Below, one piece after another: positions 1 to 9,708 of a DNA stretch of 64,000 nucleotides. The translations under genes were made by a program, and so were the position numbers. Source of the DNA: Alphaproteobacteria bacterium (lineage in GTDB: Bacteria; Pseudomonadota; Alphaproteobacteria; SMXQ01). Below the pieces are notes generated by a model. That model was not told the origin of the DNA. It ran no database searches and was given only the letters and a program-made list of their open reading frames with translations. Where the stretch lies: NCBI GenBank assembly GCA_046297835.1, contig JBKBHI010000006.1:112229-176228 (forward strand). Reading direction: 5' to 3'. The stretch's first letter is position 1. Each line of letters begins with the position of its first letter.

Positions 1-3
1 GCG

Positions 4-1359
4 ATGGTTCCCCGGAGTTCTGCCTTGCGCGCGGCCCTGTTCGCCGCCGTTTTCCTTGTCGCCGCCGCGGCCGTCGCGCGCGCCGCGGTCTTCAATCCCA
101 CCACCTTCACCTTGCCCAACGGCTTGCAGGTCGTGGTGATCGAGAACCACCGGTTGCCGGTGGTCACGCAGATGGTCTGGTACAAGGTCGGCGCGGCCGA
201 CGATCCGCCGGGCAAGTCGGGCATCGCCCATTTTCTCGAACATCTGATGTTCCGCGGCACCGGCGAGATCATGCCGGGCGAATTCTCGCGCATCGTCGCG
301 CGCAACGGCGGCCGCGACAACGCCTTCACCAGTTGGGACTACACCGCCTATCACCAGACGGTGGCGGCCGACCGGCTGGAATTGGTGATGAAGCTCGAGT
401 CCGACCGGATGGCCAATCTCTCGATCACCGAGGCGGTGGTCGCGCCGGAGCGCGACGTCATCATCGAGGAGCGCCGTTCGCGTATCGACAACAGCCCGGC
501 CGCGCTGCTCAACGAGCAGATCAACGCCTCGCTGTTCCTCAACCATCCCTACCGCATTCCGATCATCGGCTGGCAGCACGAGATGGCGACGCTGACCCAG
601 GCCGACGCGCTCGATTTCTACCGCCGCCATTACGCGCCGAACAACGCCGTGCTCATCGTGTCGGGCGACGTCACCGTCGATCGCGTGCGCGAGCTGGCGG
701 CGAAATATTACGGGCCGATTCCGCGCAAGGAGATCGCGCCGCGCGTCCGCCTGCGCGAGCCGCTGCACGTCGCGCCGCGCCGCCTGGTGCTGGAGAGCGA
801 GCGCGTCCGCGAGCCGCGCCTGACGCGCGAATATCTCGCGCCGAGCTACAACGACGGCGACACGCAGCACGCCTACGCGCTGCAGGTGCTGGAGACGATC
901 CTGTCCGGCGGGGCGACCAGCCGGCTGCGCAAGAAGCTGGTCGAGGACGACAAGATCGCCGTCTCCATCTGGGTCTCCTATCAGCCGAGCGCGCTCGATT
1001 ACGGCAGCTTCTCGATCGGCGGCCAGCCGCGCGCCGACGTGCCGCTGAGCAAGCTGGAGGAGGCGATCGACCTGGAGATCGCCCGGCTGCTGAAAGACGG
1101 CGTGACCGCCGATGAGGTGGCGCGCGCCAAAAACCAGCTCGTCTCGGGCGCGGAATACGCCCGCGATTCGCTGCGCAGCGGCGCGATGGCCATCGGCACG
1201 GCGCTCGCCACCGGCAAGACCGTCGCCGACGTCGAAGCCTGGCCGGAGCGCATCGACGCGGTGACGCTCGATCAAGTGAACGCCGCGGCGCGCAACGTAT
1301 TCAATATCGTCAATTCGGTCACCGGCGCGCTGTTGCCGGCCCCCCGTCCGCGAGGCTGA
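4..1359 (+). CDS. M16 (pitrilysin/PqqL-like) zinc peptidase, catalytic subunit, with signal peptide
   Basis: Inverted zinc motif HFLEH (HXXEH), GGRDNAFTS, HPY..P.IG; hydrophobic Ala-rich N-terminus. Confidence 0.92.
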   Translation: MVPRSSALRAALFAAVFLVAAAAVARAAVFNPTTFTLPNGLQVVVIENHRLPVVTQMVWYKVGAADDPPGKSGIAHFLEHLMFRGTGEIMPGEFSRIVARNGGRDNAFTSWDYTAYHQTVAADRLELVMKLESDRMANLSITEAVVAPERDVIIEERRSRIDNSPAALLNEQINASLFLNHPYRIPIIGWQHEMATLTQADALDFYRRHYAPNNAVLIVSGDVTVDRVRELAAKYYGPIPRKEIAPRVRLREPLHVAPRRLVLESERVREPRLTREYLAPSYNDGDTQHAYALQVLETILSGGATSRLRKKLVEDDKIAVSIWVSYQPSALDYGSFSIGGQPRADVPLSKLEEAIDLEIARLLKDGVTADEVARAKNQLVSGAEYARDSLRSGAMAIGTALATGKTVADVEAWPERIDAVTLDQVNAAARNVFNIVNSVTGALLPAPRPRG

Positions 1360-1362
1360 GCC

Positions 1363-2721
1363 ATGCGCGTTCTGTTACGTCTCCTCGTCCTCGCCGCGCC
1401 GGCTCTCATGGCCTTCGCTGTCGGCTTCGCCGCCCCGGCGGGAGCCGTCGCCATCGAGCGGGTCGTCAGCGCCAAGGGCGTCGAAGCCTGGCTGGTGCGG
1501 GACACCACCGTGCCGGTCGTCGCCGCGCAGTTCGCCTTTCACGGCGGCTCGGCGCTCGACCCCGAGGGCAAGGAGGGCTTGGCCAATCTCGTTGCCGGCC
1601 TGCTCGACGAGGGCGCCGGCGACCTCGATTCGCAGACGTTCCAGCGCCGGCTCGAAGATCTTTCCATCTCGCTCGGCTTCGATTCCTCGATCGACAGTTT
1701 CGGCGGCAGCCTGCGCACCTTGAAGCGCAACGAGGCGGCGGCGTTCGATCTTCTGCGCCTGGCGCTGAACCAGCCGCGTTTCGACGCGGCGGCGGTCGAC
1801 AAGATCAAGGACCAGACGCGCGCTTGGTTGTCGGGCGCGGCGGAGAACCCGCGCCGCATCGCCGGGCGCTTGCTGGCGCGCGCCGCGTTCGGCGACCATC
1901 CTTACGGCCGCCCCTCGGAGGGCACGCGCGCCAGCATCGACCGCATCGCGCGCGAGGATTTGCAGGCGTTCGCGAAGCAGCGCTTCGCGCGCGACCGTCT
2001 GGTGGTCGCCGTGGTCGGCGACATCACCGCGGCGGAACTCCGCCCGCGCCTGGACGCGGTGTTCGGCGATCTGCCGGCCTCGGCCGGGCCGGTGCAGGTG
2101 CCCGTCGTGACGCCGGCGCTCGCCGGCCAAGTCTATGTCGTCGAGAAGAAGATTCCGCAGAGTGTCGTCACCTTCGGCCAAGCCGGCCTGTCGCGCCAGG
2201 ATCCGGACTATTACATCGCTCACGTGATGAACCATGCGTTCGGCGGCGGCGGCTTCGCCTCGCGGCTGATGCAGGAGATCCGCGACAAGCGCGGCCTCGC
2301 TTACGGCGTCAACACCGGCCTCGCGCCCTACGACTTCTCGGCGCTTTACACCGGCGGCGTCGCGACGCAGAACGAGCGCGTCGGCGAGAGCATCGACATC
2401 ATCCGCAAGGAATGGGCGCGGCTGCGCGACGACGGCCTGACCGAGCGCGAATTGGCCGACGCCAAGACCTTCTTGACCGGCTCGTTCCTGACCAACATCG
2501 ATTCGACCGGGCGCATGGCCAGTCTGCTGGTCGGCGTCCAGCTCGAAAATCTCGGCATCGACTATCTCGACAAGCGCAACGGTTTCATCGAGGCCGTCAC
2601 CGTGGCCGACGTGAAGCGGGTGGCGGCGCGGCTGCTCGATCCGGCCAAGCTGACCTTCGTCGTGGTCGGCGAGCCGCGCGGGGTGACGGCGACCGCCCAG
2701 GCGCCCGCGCTCGAAGACTGA
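1363..2721 (+). CDS. M16 peptidase, non-catalytic partner subunit
   Basis: M16 fold motifs (HPYGRP, SRLMQEIRDKRGLAYG) but no HXXEH (GLANLVAGLLDEG at that position); starts 3 nt after the catalytic subunit. Confidence 0.88.
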   Translation: MRVLLRLLVLAAPALMAFAVGFAAPAGAVAIERVVSAKGVEAWLVRDTTVPVVAAQFAFHGGSALDPEGKEGLANLVAGLLDEGAGDLDSQTFQRRLEDLSISLGFDSSIDSFGGSLRTLKRNEAAAFDLLRLALNQPRFDAAAVDKIKDQTRAWLSGAAENPRRIAGRLLARAAFGDHPYGRPSEGTRASIDRIAREDLQAFAKQRFARDRLVVAVVGDITAAELRPRLDAVFGDLPASAGPVQVPVVTPALAGQVYVVEKKIPQSVVTFGQAGLSRQDPDYYIAHVMNHAFGGGGFASRLMQEIRDKRGLAYGVNTGLAPYDFSALYTGGVATQNERVGESIDIIRKEWARLRDDGLTERELADAKTFLTGSFLTNIDSTGRMASLLVGVQLENLGIDYLDKRNGFIEAVTVADVKRVAARLLDPAKLTFVVVGEPRGVTATAQAPALED

Positions 2722-2917
2722 CCCGGGAGTCCCGGCAAGCGGCAAAAATGAGCGAGACGGCCCCGCCCCGGCGGGAACGGGAACGCTCAGCGTCATGAAG
2801 ACGTTACGTTCCCGCCCGCCATGGAACCGCCATAGTGGGCCGCCAAGCTGGCCTTGCCCGCGGGAGACGGTTCCCGGGCGGCTGGCCGCTTTCTCGCCTC
2901 TCTGCTAGGGTTCCCTC

Positions 2918-4297
2918 ATGCATTTCGAGCAAGACATCGCCAATTGCCTCGTCGGCCGCATCGGCGAAGGCGGCATCCCCGAGGCGGACCTCGACGCGAC
3001 CGTCGCGAAGACGGCGCGCGCCCTCGGCCGCCTGCGCGACCAGGCGCGCGATCCGCGCGCGCCGGGCAGCTTGCCGCTCTTGGCCGTGCCCTCGGCGCGC
3101 GGCGATCTATCGGCGCTGAAAGACGTCGCGGCGCGCTTTCGCGAGAGCTTCGACGACGTTCTGGTGCTCGGCACCGGCGGCTCCAGCCTGGGCGGCCAGA
3201 CCTTGTGCGCCTTGAGCCACTGGCCCGCCAGCTTGCCGCGCAAGTCCGGCGGCCCGCGTCTGCATTTCATGGACAATATCGACCCGGCGACCTTCGGCCG
3301 GCTCCATGCCGCGCTCGATCCGGCGCGGACCGGCGTCATCGTGGTGTCCAAATCGGGCTCGACGGCGGAAACCGCCATGCAGTTCTTCACCCTGGCCGAT
3401 TCCTATGTCGAGCGGCTCGGCAAAGACGCGCTGGCCAAGCATTTCGTCGCCATCACCGAGCCTGCCGTTAATGGCAAGGCCAACCCGCTGCGCCGTGCCG
3501 CCGGCCGCTTCGGCATCCAGGTGTTCGAGCACGACCCGGGCGTCGGCGGCCGCTATTCGGCGCTGACCAACGTCGGCCTCTTGCCGGCGATGATCGCCGG
3601 CCTCGACGCCAAGAAAGTGCGCGACGGCGCGCAATCGGTCCTCGACGCCGCTCTGTCGGCTAAGACGCCGGGCGATTCCGCGCCGGCGGTCGGCGCGGCG
3701 CTCGCCGTGGTCGCGTCGCGCCACGGCATGAACCAGTCGGTGCTGATGCCCTACATCGACCGGCTCGCGCCTTTCGCCTTCTGGTATCGCCAGCTGTGGG
3801 CCGAAAGCCTCGGCAAGGACGGGCAGGGCACCACGCCGGTCAACGCGCTCGGCACCGTCGATCAGCACAGCCAGCTTCAGCTCTATCTCGCCGGCCCGCG
3901 CGACAAGCTCTATACGCTGATCCTTGGCCCGGCCGAGGGCGCGGGCGACATGGTGATGCCGAAGCTCGCCGTCGAGCCGGAATTTTCCTATCTCGTCGGC
4001 CGCACCATGGGCGACCTCCTGGACGCCGAGCAGCGCGCCACCGCCGAAACGCTGGCGCGCAACGGCCGCCCGACCCGCATCTTGCGCGTCGCCTCGGTGG
4101 ACGAGCGCAGCATGGGCGCGCTGATGATGCATTTCATGTTGGAAACTATCGTCGCCGCCGATCTGTTGGGCGTCGATCCGTTCGACCAGCCGGCGGTCGA
4201 GGAGGGCAAGGTGCTGGCGCGCAAATATCTCGCCGCCATGGGTCCCGCCGCGCCGGCCACCGCGCCGGCCGCGCTTGTCGGCGTCAAAGCCACGTGA
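2918..4297 (+). CDS. pgi: Glucose-6-phosphate isomerase
   Basis: [53 protein letters not shown]. Confidence 0.95.
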   Translation: MHFEQDIANCLVGRIGEGGIPEADLDATVAKTARALGRLRDQARDPRAPGSLPLLAVPSARGDLSALKDVAARFRESFDDVLVLGTGGSSLGGQTLCALSHWPASLPRKSGGPRLHFMDNIDPATFGRLHAALDPARTGVIVVSKSGSTAETAMQFFTLADSYVERLGKDALAKHFVAITEPAVNGKANPLRRAAGRFGIQVFEHDPGVGGRYSALTNVGLLPAMIAGLDAKKVRDGAQSVLDAALSAKTPGDSAPAVGAALAVVASRHGMNQSVLMPYIDRLAPFAFWYRQLWAESLGKDGQGTTPVNALGTVDQHSQLQLYLAGPRDKLYTLILGPAEGAGDMVMPKLAVEPEFSYLVGRTMGDLLDAEQRATAETLARNGRPTRILRVASVDERSMGALMMHFMLETIVAADLLGVDPFDQPAVEEGKVLARKYLAAMGPAAPATAPAALVGVKAT

Positions 4298-6117
4298 CGA
4301 TCCGGCTGCTTCCGGGGGGATTGGTCAATCGCATCGCCGCGGGCGAGGTGATCGAGCGGCCGGCCGCCTGCGTCAAGGAACTGGTCGAAAACGCCCTCGA
4401 CGCTGGCGCGCGCCGCATCGAGGTGGATTTGCGCGACGGCGGCCTCAGCTTCATCGCCGTGGCCGATGACGGCCAGGGCATGACTGCGGACGAATTGACG
4501 CTCGCCGTCGAGCGCCACGCCACCTCCAAACTGCCCGACGACGATCTGGTCGATATCCGCACCCTCGGCTTTCGCGGCGAGGCGCTGCCGTCCATCGGCG
4601 CGGTGAGCCGCCTCGCCATCGCCTCGCGCAAGCCCGGCGCCGACAGCGCCTGGACGATTTCCGTCGAAGCCGGCGCGAAAAGCGCGCCCGAGCCGGCGGC
4701 CCTGGCGCGCGGCACCCGCGTCGAGGTGCGCGACCTGTTCTTCGCCACGCCGGCGCGGCTGAAATTCATGAAGGCGGCGCGCACCGAGCAGGGCCACGCG
4801 CTCGACACGATCACCCGCCTCGCCATGGCCCATCCCGGCGTCTCTTTCACGGTGACGAGCGACGGCGAGCGCAAATTGTCGCTCGAAGCCGAGCAGGGCG
4901 AGCTGTTCGAAGCGCGCTTGGCGCGGCTCGCCGCCGTCATGGGGCGCGACTTCGGCGGCAACGCCCTGGCCATCGACGCGACGCGCGATGGCTTGCGCCT
5001 CTCCGGCTACGCCGCGCTGCCGACCTATTCGCGCGGCACGGCGCAGCATCAATATCTGTTCGTCAACGGCCGGCCGGTGCGCGACCGCCTGCTGCAAGGC
5101 GCGGTGCGCGGCGCCTATATGGATTTCCTGGCGCGCGACCGTCATCCGGTCGTCGCTTTGTTCCTCGAAGCGCCGCCCGAGATGGTCGACGTCAACGTCC
5201 ATCCGGCCAAGACCGAAGTGCGCTTTCGCGACGCCGGCTTGGTGCGCGGGCTGATCGTCGGCGCGCTCAAGCACGGCTTGGCGGCCCAAGGCCACCGCGC
5301 CTCGACCACGGTGGCGGATGCCGCGCTCGGCGCGTTCCGTCCCGGCGGCGCGGGCCTCGGCCTGCCCTACAGCCGCGAGGGCGGCCGCTCCGGCGTCGGT
5401 TGGTCGCGCGGCGTCGCCGAGGCGGTGACGGCCTGGCAAGCGCCGCTGGCGGGGCAGGGCGGCGGCTTGGCGCTGCCGATGCAGGCCGCGCCCATGGCGC
5501 GCGCCGAGGATGGCGGCTTTGCTGACGACGCGCTGGATTATCCGCTCGGCGTGGCGCGCGGCCAATTGCATGAAACCTACATCGTGGCGCAGACGCGCGA
5601 CGGCCTCGTCATCGTCGATCAGCACGCCGCGCACGAGCGCCTCGTCTACGAGCGCATGAAAAGCGCCCTGTCCGCCAAGGGCGTCGCGCGCCAGATGCTG
5701 CTGATCCCCGAGATCGTCGAGCTCGACGAACGCGCCGCCGACCGCCTCGCCGCGCGCGCCGGCGAACTGGCCGAGCTCGGCCTGACGGTCGAGCCGTTCG
5801 GCAAAGGCGCGCTGATGGTGCGCGAGACGCCGGCGTTGCTCGGCGAAGTGGACGTGCAGGCGCTGCTCCGCGATCTCGCCGACGAGCTGGCCGAGATGGA
5901 TCAGGCCTTGAGCCTGAAGGAGAAGCTGGAGGATGTCTGCGGCACGCTCGCCTGCCATTCCTCCGTGCGCGCCGGCCGCCGCTTGAACGCCAGCGAGATG
6001 AACGCGCTGCTCCGCGAGATGGAAGCGACGCCCAATTCCGGCCAATGCAACCACGGCCGTCCGACCTATGTCGAACTGAAGATCAGCGACGTGGAAAAGC
6101 TGTTCGGGCGGCGCTAG
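4294..6117 (+). CDS. mutL: DNA mismatch repair endonuclease MutL
   Basis: [45 protein letters not shown]; GTG start overlaps the pgi stop (GTGA), so the ORF-track upstream extension is not real. Confidence 0.97.
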   Translation: MTIRLLPGGLVNRIAAGEVIERPAACVKELVENALDAGARRIEVDLRDGGLSFIAVADDGQGMTADELTLAVERHATSKLPDDDLVDIRTLGFRGEALPSIGAVSRLAIASRKPGADSAWTISVEAGAKSAPEPAALARGTRVEVRDLFFATPARLKFMKAARTEQGHALDTITRLAMAHPGVSFTVTSDGERKLSLEAEQGELFEARLARLAAVMGRDFGGNALAIDATRDGLRLSGYAALPTYSRGTAQHQYLFVNGRPVRDRLLQGAVRGAYMDFLARDRHPVVALFLEAPPEMVDVNVHPAKTEVRFRDAGLVRGLIVGALKHGLAAQGHRASTTVADAALGAFRPGGAGLGLPYSREGGRSGVGWSRGVAEAVTAWQAPLAGQGGGLALPMQAAPMARAEDGGFADDALDYPLGVARGQLHETYIVAQTRDGLVIVDQHAAHERLVYERMKSALSAKGVARQMLLIPEIVELDERAADRLAARAGELAELGLTVEPFGKGALMVRETPALLGEVDVQALLRDLADELAEMDQALSLKEKLEDVCGTLACHSSVRAGRRLNASEMNALLREMEATPNSGQCNHGRPTYVELKISDVEKLFGRR

Positions 6118-6126
6118 GCAAAAGAT

Positions 6127-6211
6127 CGTCACCCTCGGGCTTGACCCGAGGGTCCATCTCGACACAGCGCAAGCGGATGAATGGATTGCCCGGTCAAGCC
6201 GGGCAATGACG
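6127..6211. repeat. CGTC-tagged REP dimer (two inverted 31-nt hairpin units, 23-nt spacer)
   Basis: CGTC-ACCCTCGGG-CTTGA-CCCGAGGGT-CCAT on + and CGTC-ATTGCCCGG-CTTGA-CCGGGCAAT-CCAT on -; lies between convergent mutL and rsmD. Confidence 0.92.
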
Positions 6212-6213
6212 GT

Positions 6214-6783
6214 TTATTTTGAGGCGAAGCGCAGAAAGATGAACTTCGCCGGGCCGTAGCGGCGCTCATCGAGCAGATCGAATCCGTTCGGCGGGGCGAA
6301 GGCTTCGTCGCTCGCCGCTTCGACGATGACGAGCGCGTCCGGCGCGATCCAGCCGGCGGCGTTCAGCGCCGCCAATGCCGGCGCGATCAGATCCTTGCCG
6401 TAAGGCGGATCGAGAAACACGAGATCGCAAGCCTGATCCGCTGGCGGCGGGCGGGTCGCGTCGCCGGCGATCAGCCGGCAATTCTCCGTCTCCTTCAGCG
6501 CCGCCGCATTGGCGCGGATCGCCGCTTGGGCGGGTTTGGCGTTGTCGATCAGCGTGGCGAAGGCCGCGCCGCGCGACAGCGCCTCGAAGGCGAAGGCTCC
6601 CGAGCCGGCGAAAGCTTCGAGCACGCGCGCGCCGGGCAGGAGGCTGCCGCCATCCGTCGAGAAGGCTCCGTGCTGAAGAATATCGAACAGGCTTTGCCGC
6701 GCGCGGCCGAGCGTCGGCCGCGTCGCTGCGCCGGCGGGCGCTTGCAGCTCGCGCCCGCGATGCTTACCGGCGACGATCCGCAT
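6214..6783 (-). CDS. rsmD: 16S rRNA m2G966 methyltransferase RsmD
   Basis: MRIVAGKHRGR, TRPT..RARQSLFDIL, FAGSGA..FEALSRGA, FLDPPY. Confidence 0.93.
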   Translation of the reverse strand: MRIVAGKHRGRELQAPAGAATRPTLGRARQSLFDILQHGAFSTDGGSLLPGARVLEAFAGSGAFAFEALSRGAAFATLIDNAKPAQAAIRANAAALKETENCRLIAGDATRPPPADQACDLVFLDPPYGKDLIAPALAALNAAGWIAPDALVIVEAASDEAFAPPNGFDLLDERRYGPAKFIFLRFASK

Positions 6784-7756
6784 GGCCTGGCTTCTTGGCC
6801 GCCGGCTTGCCCCCGCCGGATTTGTCCCCGCCAGGTTTGCCGGCTCCAGGCTTGCCCGCAAACGGCTTCTTCGGCCGCTCGCGCGGCTGCTCGACGCGGT
6901 AGGGCTTCGGCATCGCCGGCTTAGGCTTGGGCGCGTCGGTCTGCGGCGTCGGCGCGGGCTTGTCGGCCAATTGTTTCGCGCCCGATGCCTTCGCGCTCAA
7001 TTCCTTGGCCCGCGGCACATGCACGGAGGCTTTGTCGAGGCCGAGCTGCTCGGCGAGAATCTTGCCCGGCACTTCCTCGATCTCCGCCGGCTCCAGCTTG
7101 CCCAATTGGAACGGGCCGTAGGCGACGCGGATCAGCCGGCTGACCTTGAGGCCGAGCGCTTCCAGCACCTTGCGGATTTCGCGGTTCTTGCCTTCGCTCA
7201 AGGCCATCGTCAGCCAGACGTTGCCGCCCTGCTGGCGGTCGATCTGCGCTTCGATGCCGCCGTAGCGCACGCCTTCCACCGTCATGCCGCGCGCCAGCTT
7301 CTCGATCTGCTGCGGCGACAATGTGCCGAAGGCGCGCACGCGATAGCGCCGCGCCCACCCGGTCTCGGGCAATTCGAGCTTGCGCGCCACGCCGCCGTCG
7401 TTGGTCAGCAGCAGAAGCCCTTCGGAATTGTAGTCGAGCCGGCCGACCGAAATGACGCGCGGCAGGCTTTTGGGCAGATTGTCGTAGATCGTCGCGCGGC
7501 CCTGCGGGTCGCGGTTGGTGGTCAAGAGGCCGCGCGGCTTGTGGTAGCGCCAGACGCGCGTGCGCTCGGGCTTGTCGATCGGCTTGCCGTCGACCGTGAT
7601 CATCATGTCGTCGGTGACGAGGGTCGCCGGCGTCAGGATCGTCTGGTTGTCGATCTTGACGCGGCCTTCGAGGATCATCACTTCGGCCTCGCGGCGCGAG
7701 CAGACCCCGGCCCGCGCCATGCGCTTGGCGATGCGCTCGCCCTTGTCTTCGCTCAT
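6764..7756 (-). CDS. rluB: RluB-family rRNA pseudouridine synthase with S4 domain and Lys/Gly/Pro-rich tail
   Basis: GERIAKRMARAGVCSRREAE, SVGRLDYNSEGLLLLTNDG, EGKNREIR; ATG at 7756. Confidence 0.9.
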   Translation of the reverse strand: MSEDKGERIAKRMARAGVCSRREAEVMILEGRVKIDNQTILTPATLVTDDMMITVDGKPIDKPERTRVWRYHKPRGLLTTNRDPQGRATIYDNLPKSLPRVISVGRLDYNSEGLLLLTNDGGVARKLELPETGWARRYRVRAFGTLSPQQIEKLARGMTVEGVRYGGIEAQIDRQQGGNVWLTMALSEGKNREIRKVLEALGLKVSRLIRVAYGPFQLGKLEPAEIEEVPGKILAEQLGLDKASVHVPRAKELSAKASGAKQLADKPAPTPQTDAPKPKPAMPKPYRVEQPRERPKKPFAGKPGAGKPGGDKSGGGKPAAKKPGHADRRR

Positions 7757-8475
7757 CGACAAACCTCGATCATGGCGCGGAAGATCGCCGCGTCGCCGTC
7801 GCTCAGGTAAAATTCGGGATGCCATTCGACGCCGAGGCAGAAGCGCTGGCGCGGATCCTCGATGCCTTCGATCACGCCGTCGGGCGCATGGGCGTTGACG
7901 ACGACGCCCGGCCCGACGGTCTTGACCGCCTGATGATGGGCGGAGTTCACCGCCAGCCGGTCCGTGCCGACGATCCGATGCAGTTGCGTGCCCGGCACGA
8001 TGGCGATGTCGTGCCCCGGTTCGTCGCGCGGGTTGGGCTGCTCGTGCGCCAGCGGATTCGCGATCTCGTCGGGAATGTGCTGGATCAGCGTGCCGCCGAG
8101 CACGACGTTGAGCAACTGCTCGCCGCCGCAGATGCCGAGCACCGGCATGTCGCGCTCCAGCGCGCCGCGCGTCACCGCCAACTCGAAGGCGGTGCGCTTG
8201 TCCTTGGTCGTGACTGTGGCGTGGCGCGAATTCGCGCCGAACAAAGCCGGGTCGACGTCGAACGCGCCGCCGGTGACGACCAGCGCGTCGATACGGTCGA
8301 GATAGGCGGCGGCCAGATCGGCCTCGTGCGGCAGCATCAGCGGCAGGCCGCCGGCCTTGCTCACCGCGCTCGCGTAATTTTCGCGCACGGCATACCAGGG
8401 AAACTTGGAATAGCCGCCGGGCCGTTCGGCATCCAGCGTGATGCCGACGACGGGGATGTTGGGTTTGCCGCTCAT
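7753..8475 (-). CDS. Gamma-glutamyl-gamma-aminobutyrate hydrolase-like class I glutamine amidotransferase (peptidase C26)
   Basis: PVLGICGGEQ nucleophile elbow, VNSAHHQAV, GVEWHPE; ATG at 8475. Confidence 0.88.
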   Translation of the reverse strand: MSGKPNIPVVGITLDAERPGGYSKFPWYAVRENYASAVSKAGGLPLMLPHEADLAAAYLDRIDALVVTGGAFDVDPALFGANSRHATVTTKDKRTAFELAVTRGALERDMPVLGICGGEQLLNVVLGGTLIQHIPDEIANPLAHEQPNPRDEPGHDIAIVPGTQLHRIVGTDRLAVNSAHHQAVKTVGPGVVVNAHAPDGVIEGIEDPRQRFCLGVEWHPEFYLSDGDAAIFRAMIEVCR

Positions 8476-8610
8476 GGCGCGCAGAATAAGGCCGGTCCTG
8501 GACCCTGCAAAGGAAAACCGCTCGCTTTCGCGCGCCGCCGCCCTCTCTTGCCAAGCGCCGAGGGATGGCTCACTTTTGAAGCGGTCGAGTGGCGGACGGA
8601 TGTCGGAATC

Positions 8611-9708
8611 ATGAGCATGGACATATCGCGAGAGCCGGCAAGCGACGCCATCCGCGTCGAACTGGTCCCGGCCGAACCGGTCATCTTGCATGGCGCGGCG
8701 TTCGAACGCTCCGACGCCAATAGTCCAGTGCTGATCGAGAATGGCCGGACGCTGCTGTTCATCTCCCATTATTTGCCGATCGGCCATACCTACCGTCGCC
8801 TGGGCGGACCGGGACTGCGTTTCGCCGTGCCGCTGGAGCGGGTAACGTTGACGGACGATCCGCAGCCGGAGATCGGCAAATGGATCGAGTCGGTGTGGCG
8901 CGATCCCGCCGGGCGGCTCTTCGGCTGGTATCACGCGGAGGACGTGTTCTTCAAACCGCATCGCCTCTTCATTCCGCGCATCGGCAGCTTGACATCCGAC
9001 GACGATGGGCGGACTTGGCGTTTTCTCGCGCCCCTTCTGGAAGCGCCGGAGAGTGCGCGCGACTTTGCATACGCCAACGGCTTCCTCGCCGGCGGCTATG
9101 GCGATTTCTGCGTCCTGCCCGATCCCGTGGCGGATTATTTCTACATTTACTATTCGAGCTACGTGGCCGACGAGGCGGCCCAAGGCATTTGCGTCGCGCG
9201 CTATCCCGTCGCCGAGCGGGAATCGCCCGCGCCGCGCCTCGAATTGTGGCGCGCTGGCGGGTGGCGCGCGCCGTCGTCCGGTTTTGCCGCGCCCCTCTGG
9301 CCGACGCGGCGGAGCTGGCGGCATCCCGATCCCGACGCCTTCTGGGGACCGGCGATCCATTACAACCGAGCCCTCAGGCTCTATGTGATGCTGCTCAACC
9401 GCACGCGGAACGGCCAGGCCGACATGGTGCAGGAAGGCATCTATGTCTCGTTCAACCCCCGCCTGGACGATCCTGCCCGCTGGAGCGCTCCGGTCCGTAT
9501 CCTGCGCGGCGGCGGCTGGTATCCGCAAGCGATCGGCGAAGAGGAAGGCGACGGCGACACGCGCGCGGGCGCCGAGCCGCGTTTTTTCATGACCGGCTTT
9601 TCCGCCTGGAAGATGCGGTTTCTGCGCGGCGGCGGCGCGCAGGCCTCGCTGGATATCTCCTGGCAGGATATGTTGCGCCGCTTCGCTGATCGGAGCGCCC
9701 CGCCGTGA
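8611..9708 (+). CDS. Hypothetical protein with Asp-box, probable glycoside-hydrolase-like beta-propeller
   Basis: Aromatic-rich protein-like sequence from MSMDISRE; Asp-box SDDDGRTW; WGPAIHYN and WYPQ blade-like motifs; GTGA coupling to the next gene. Confidence 0.75.
   Translation: MSMDISREPASDAIRVELVPAEPVILHGAAFERSDANSPVLIENGRTLLFISHYLPIGHTYRRLGGPGLRFAVPLERVTLTDDPQPEIGKWIESVWRDPAGRLFGWYHAEDVFFKPHRLFIPRIGSLTSDDDGRTWRFLAPLLEAPESARDFAYANGFLAGGYGDFCVLPDPVADYFYIYYSSYVADEAAQGICVARYPVAERESPAPRLELWRAGGWRAPSSGFAAPLWPTRRSWRHPDPDAFWGPAIHYNRALRLYVMLLNRTRNGQADMVQEGIYVSFNPRLDDPARWSAPVRILRGGGWYPQAIGEEEGDGDTRAGAEPRFFMTGFSAWKMRFLRGGGAQASLDISWQDMLRRFADRSAPP

Noticed and set aside
1363-2721. M16 peptidase lacking HXXEH as a pseudogene or novelty
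   Set aside because: Active plus inactive M16B heterodimer pairs are well known.
3796-4293. N-terminal extension on MutL
   Set aside because: It overlaps pgi in another frame; MutL homology begins at the GTG at 4294.
6764-8554. Apparent 596-aa extended RluB, and a 591-aa extended C26 hydrolase (7753-9528)
   Set aside because: The N-terminal extensions are off-frame or antisense read-through of neighbouring genes; the family-typical starts are at 7756 and 8475.
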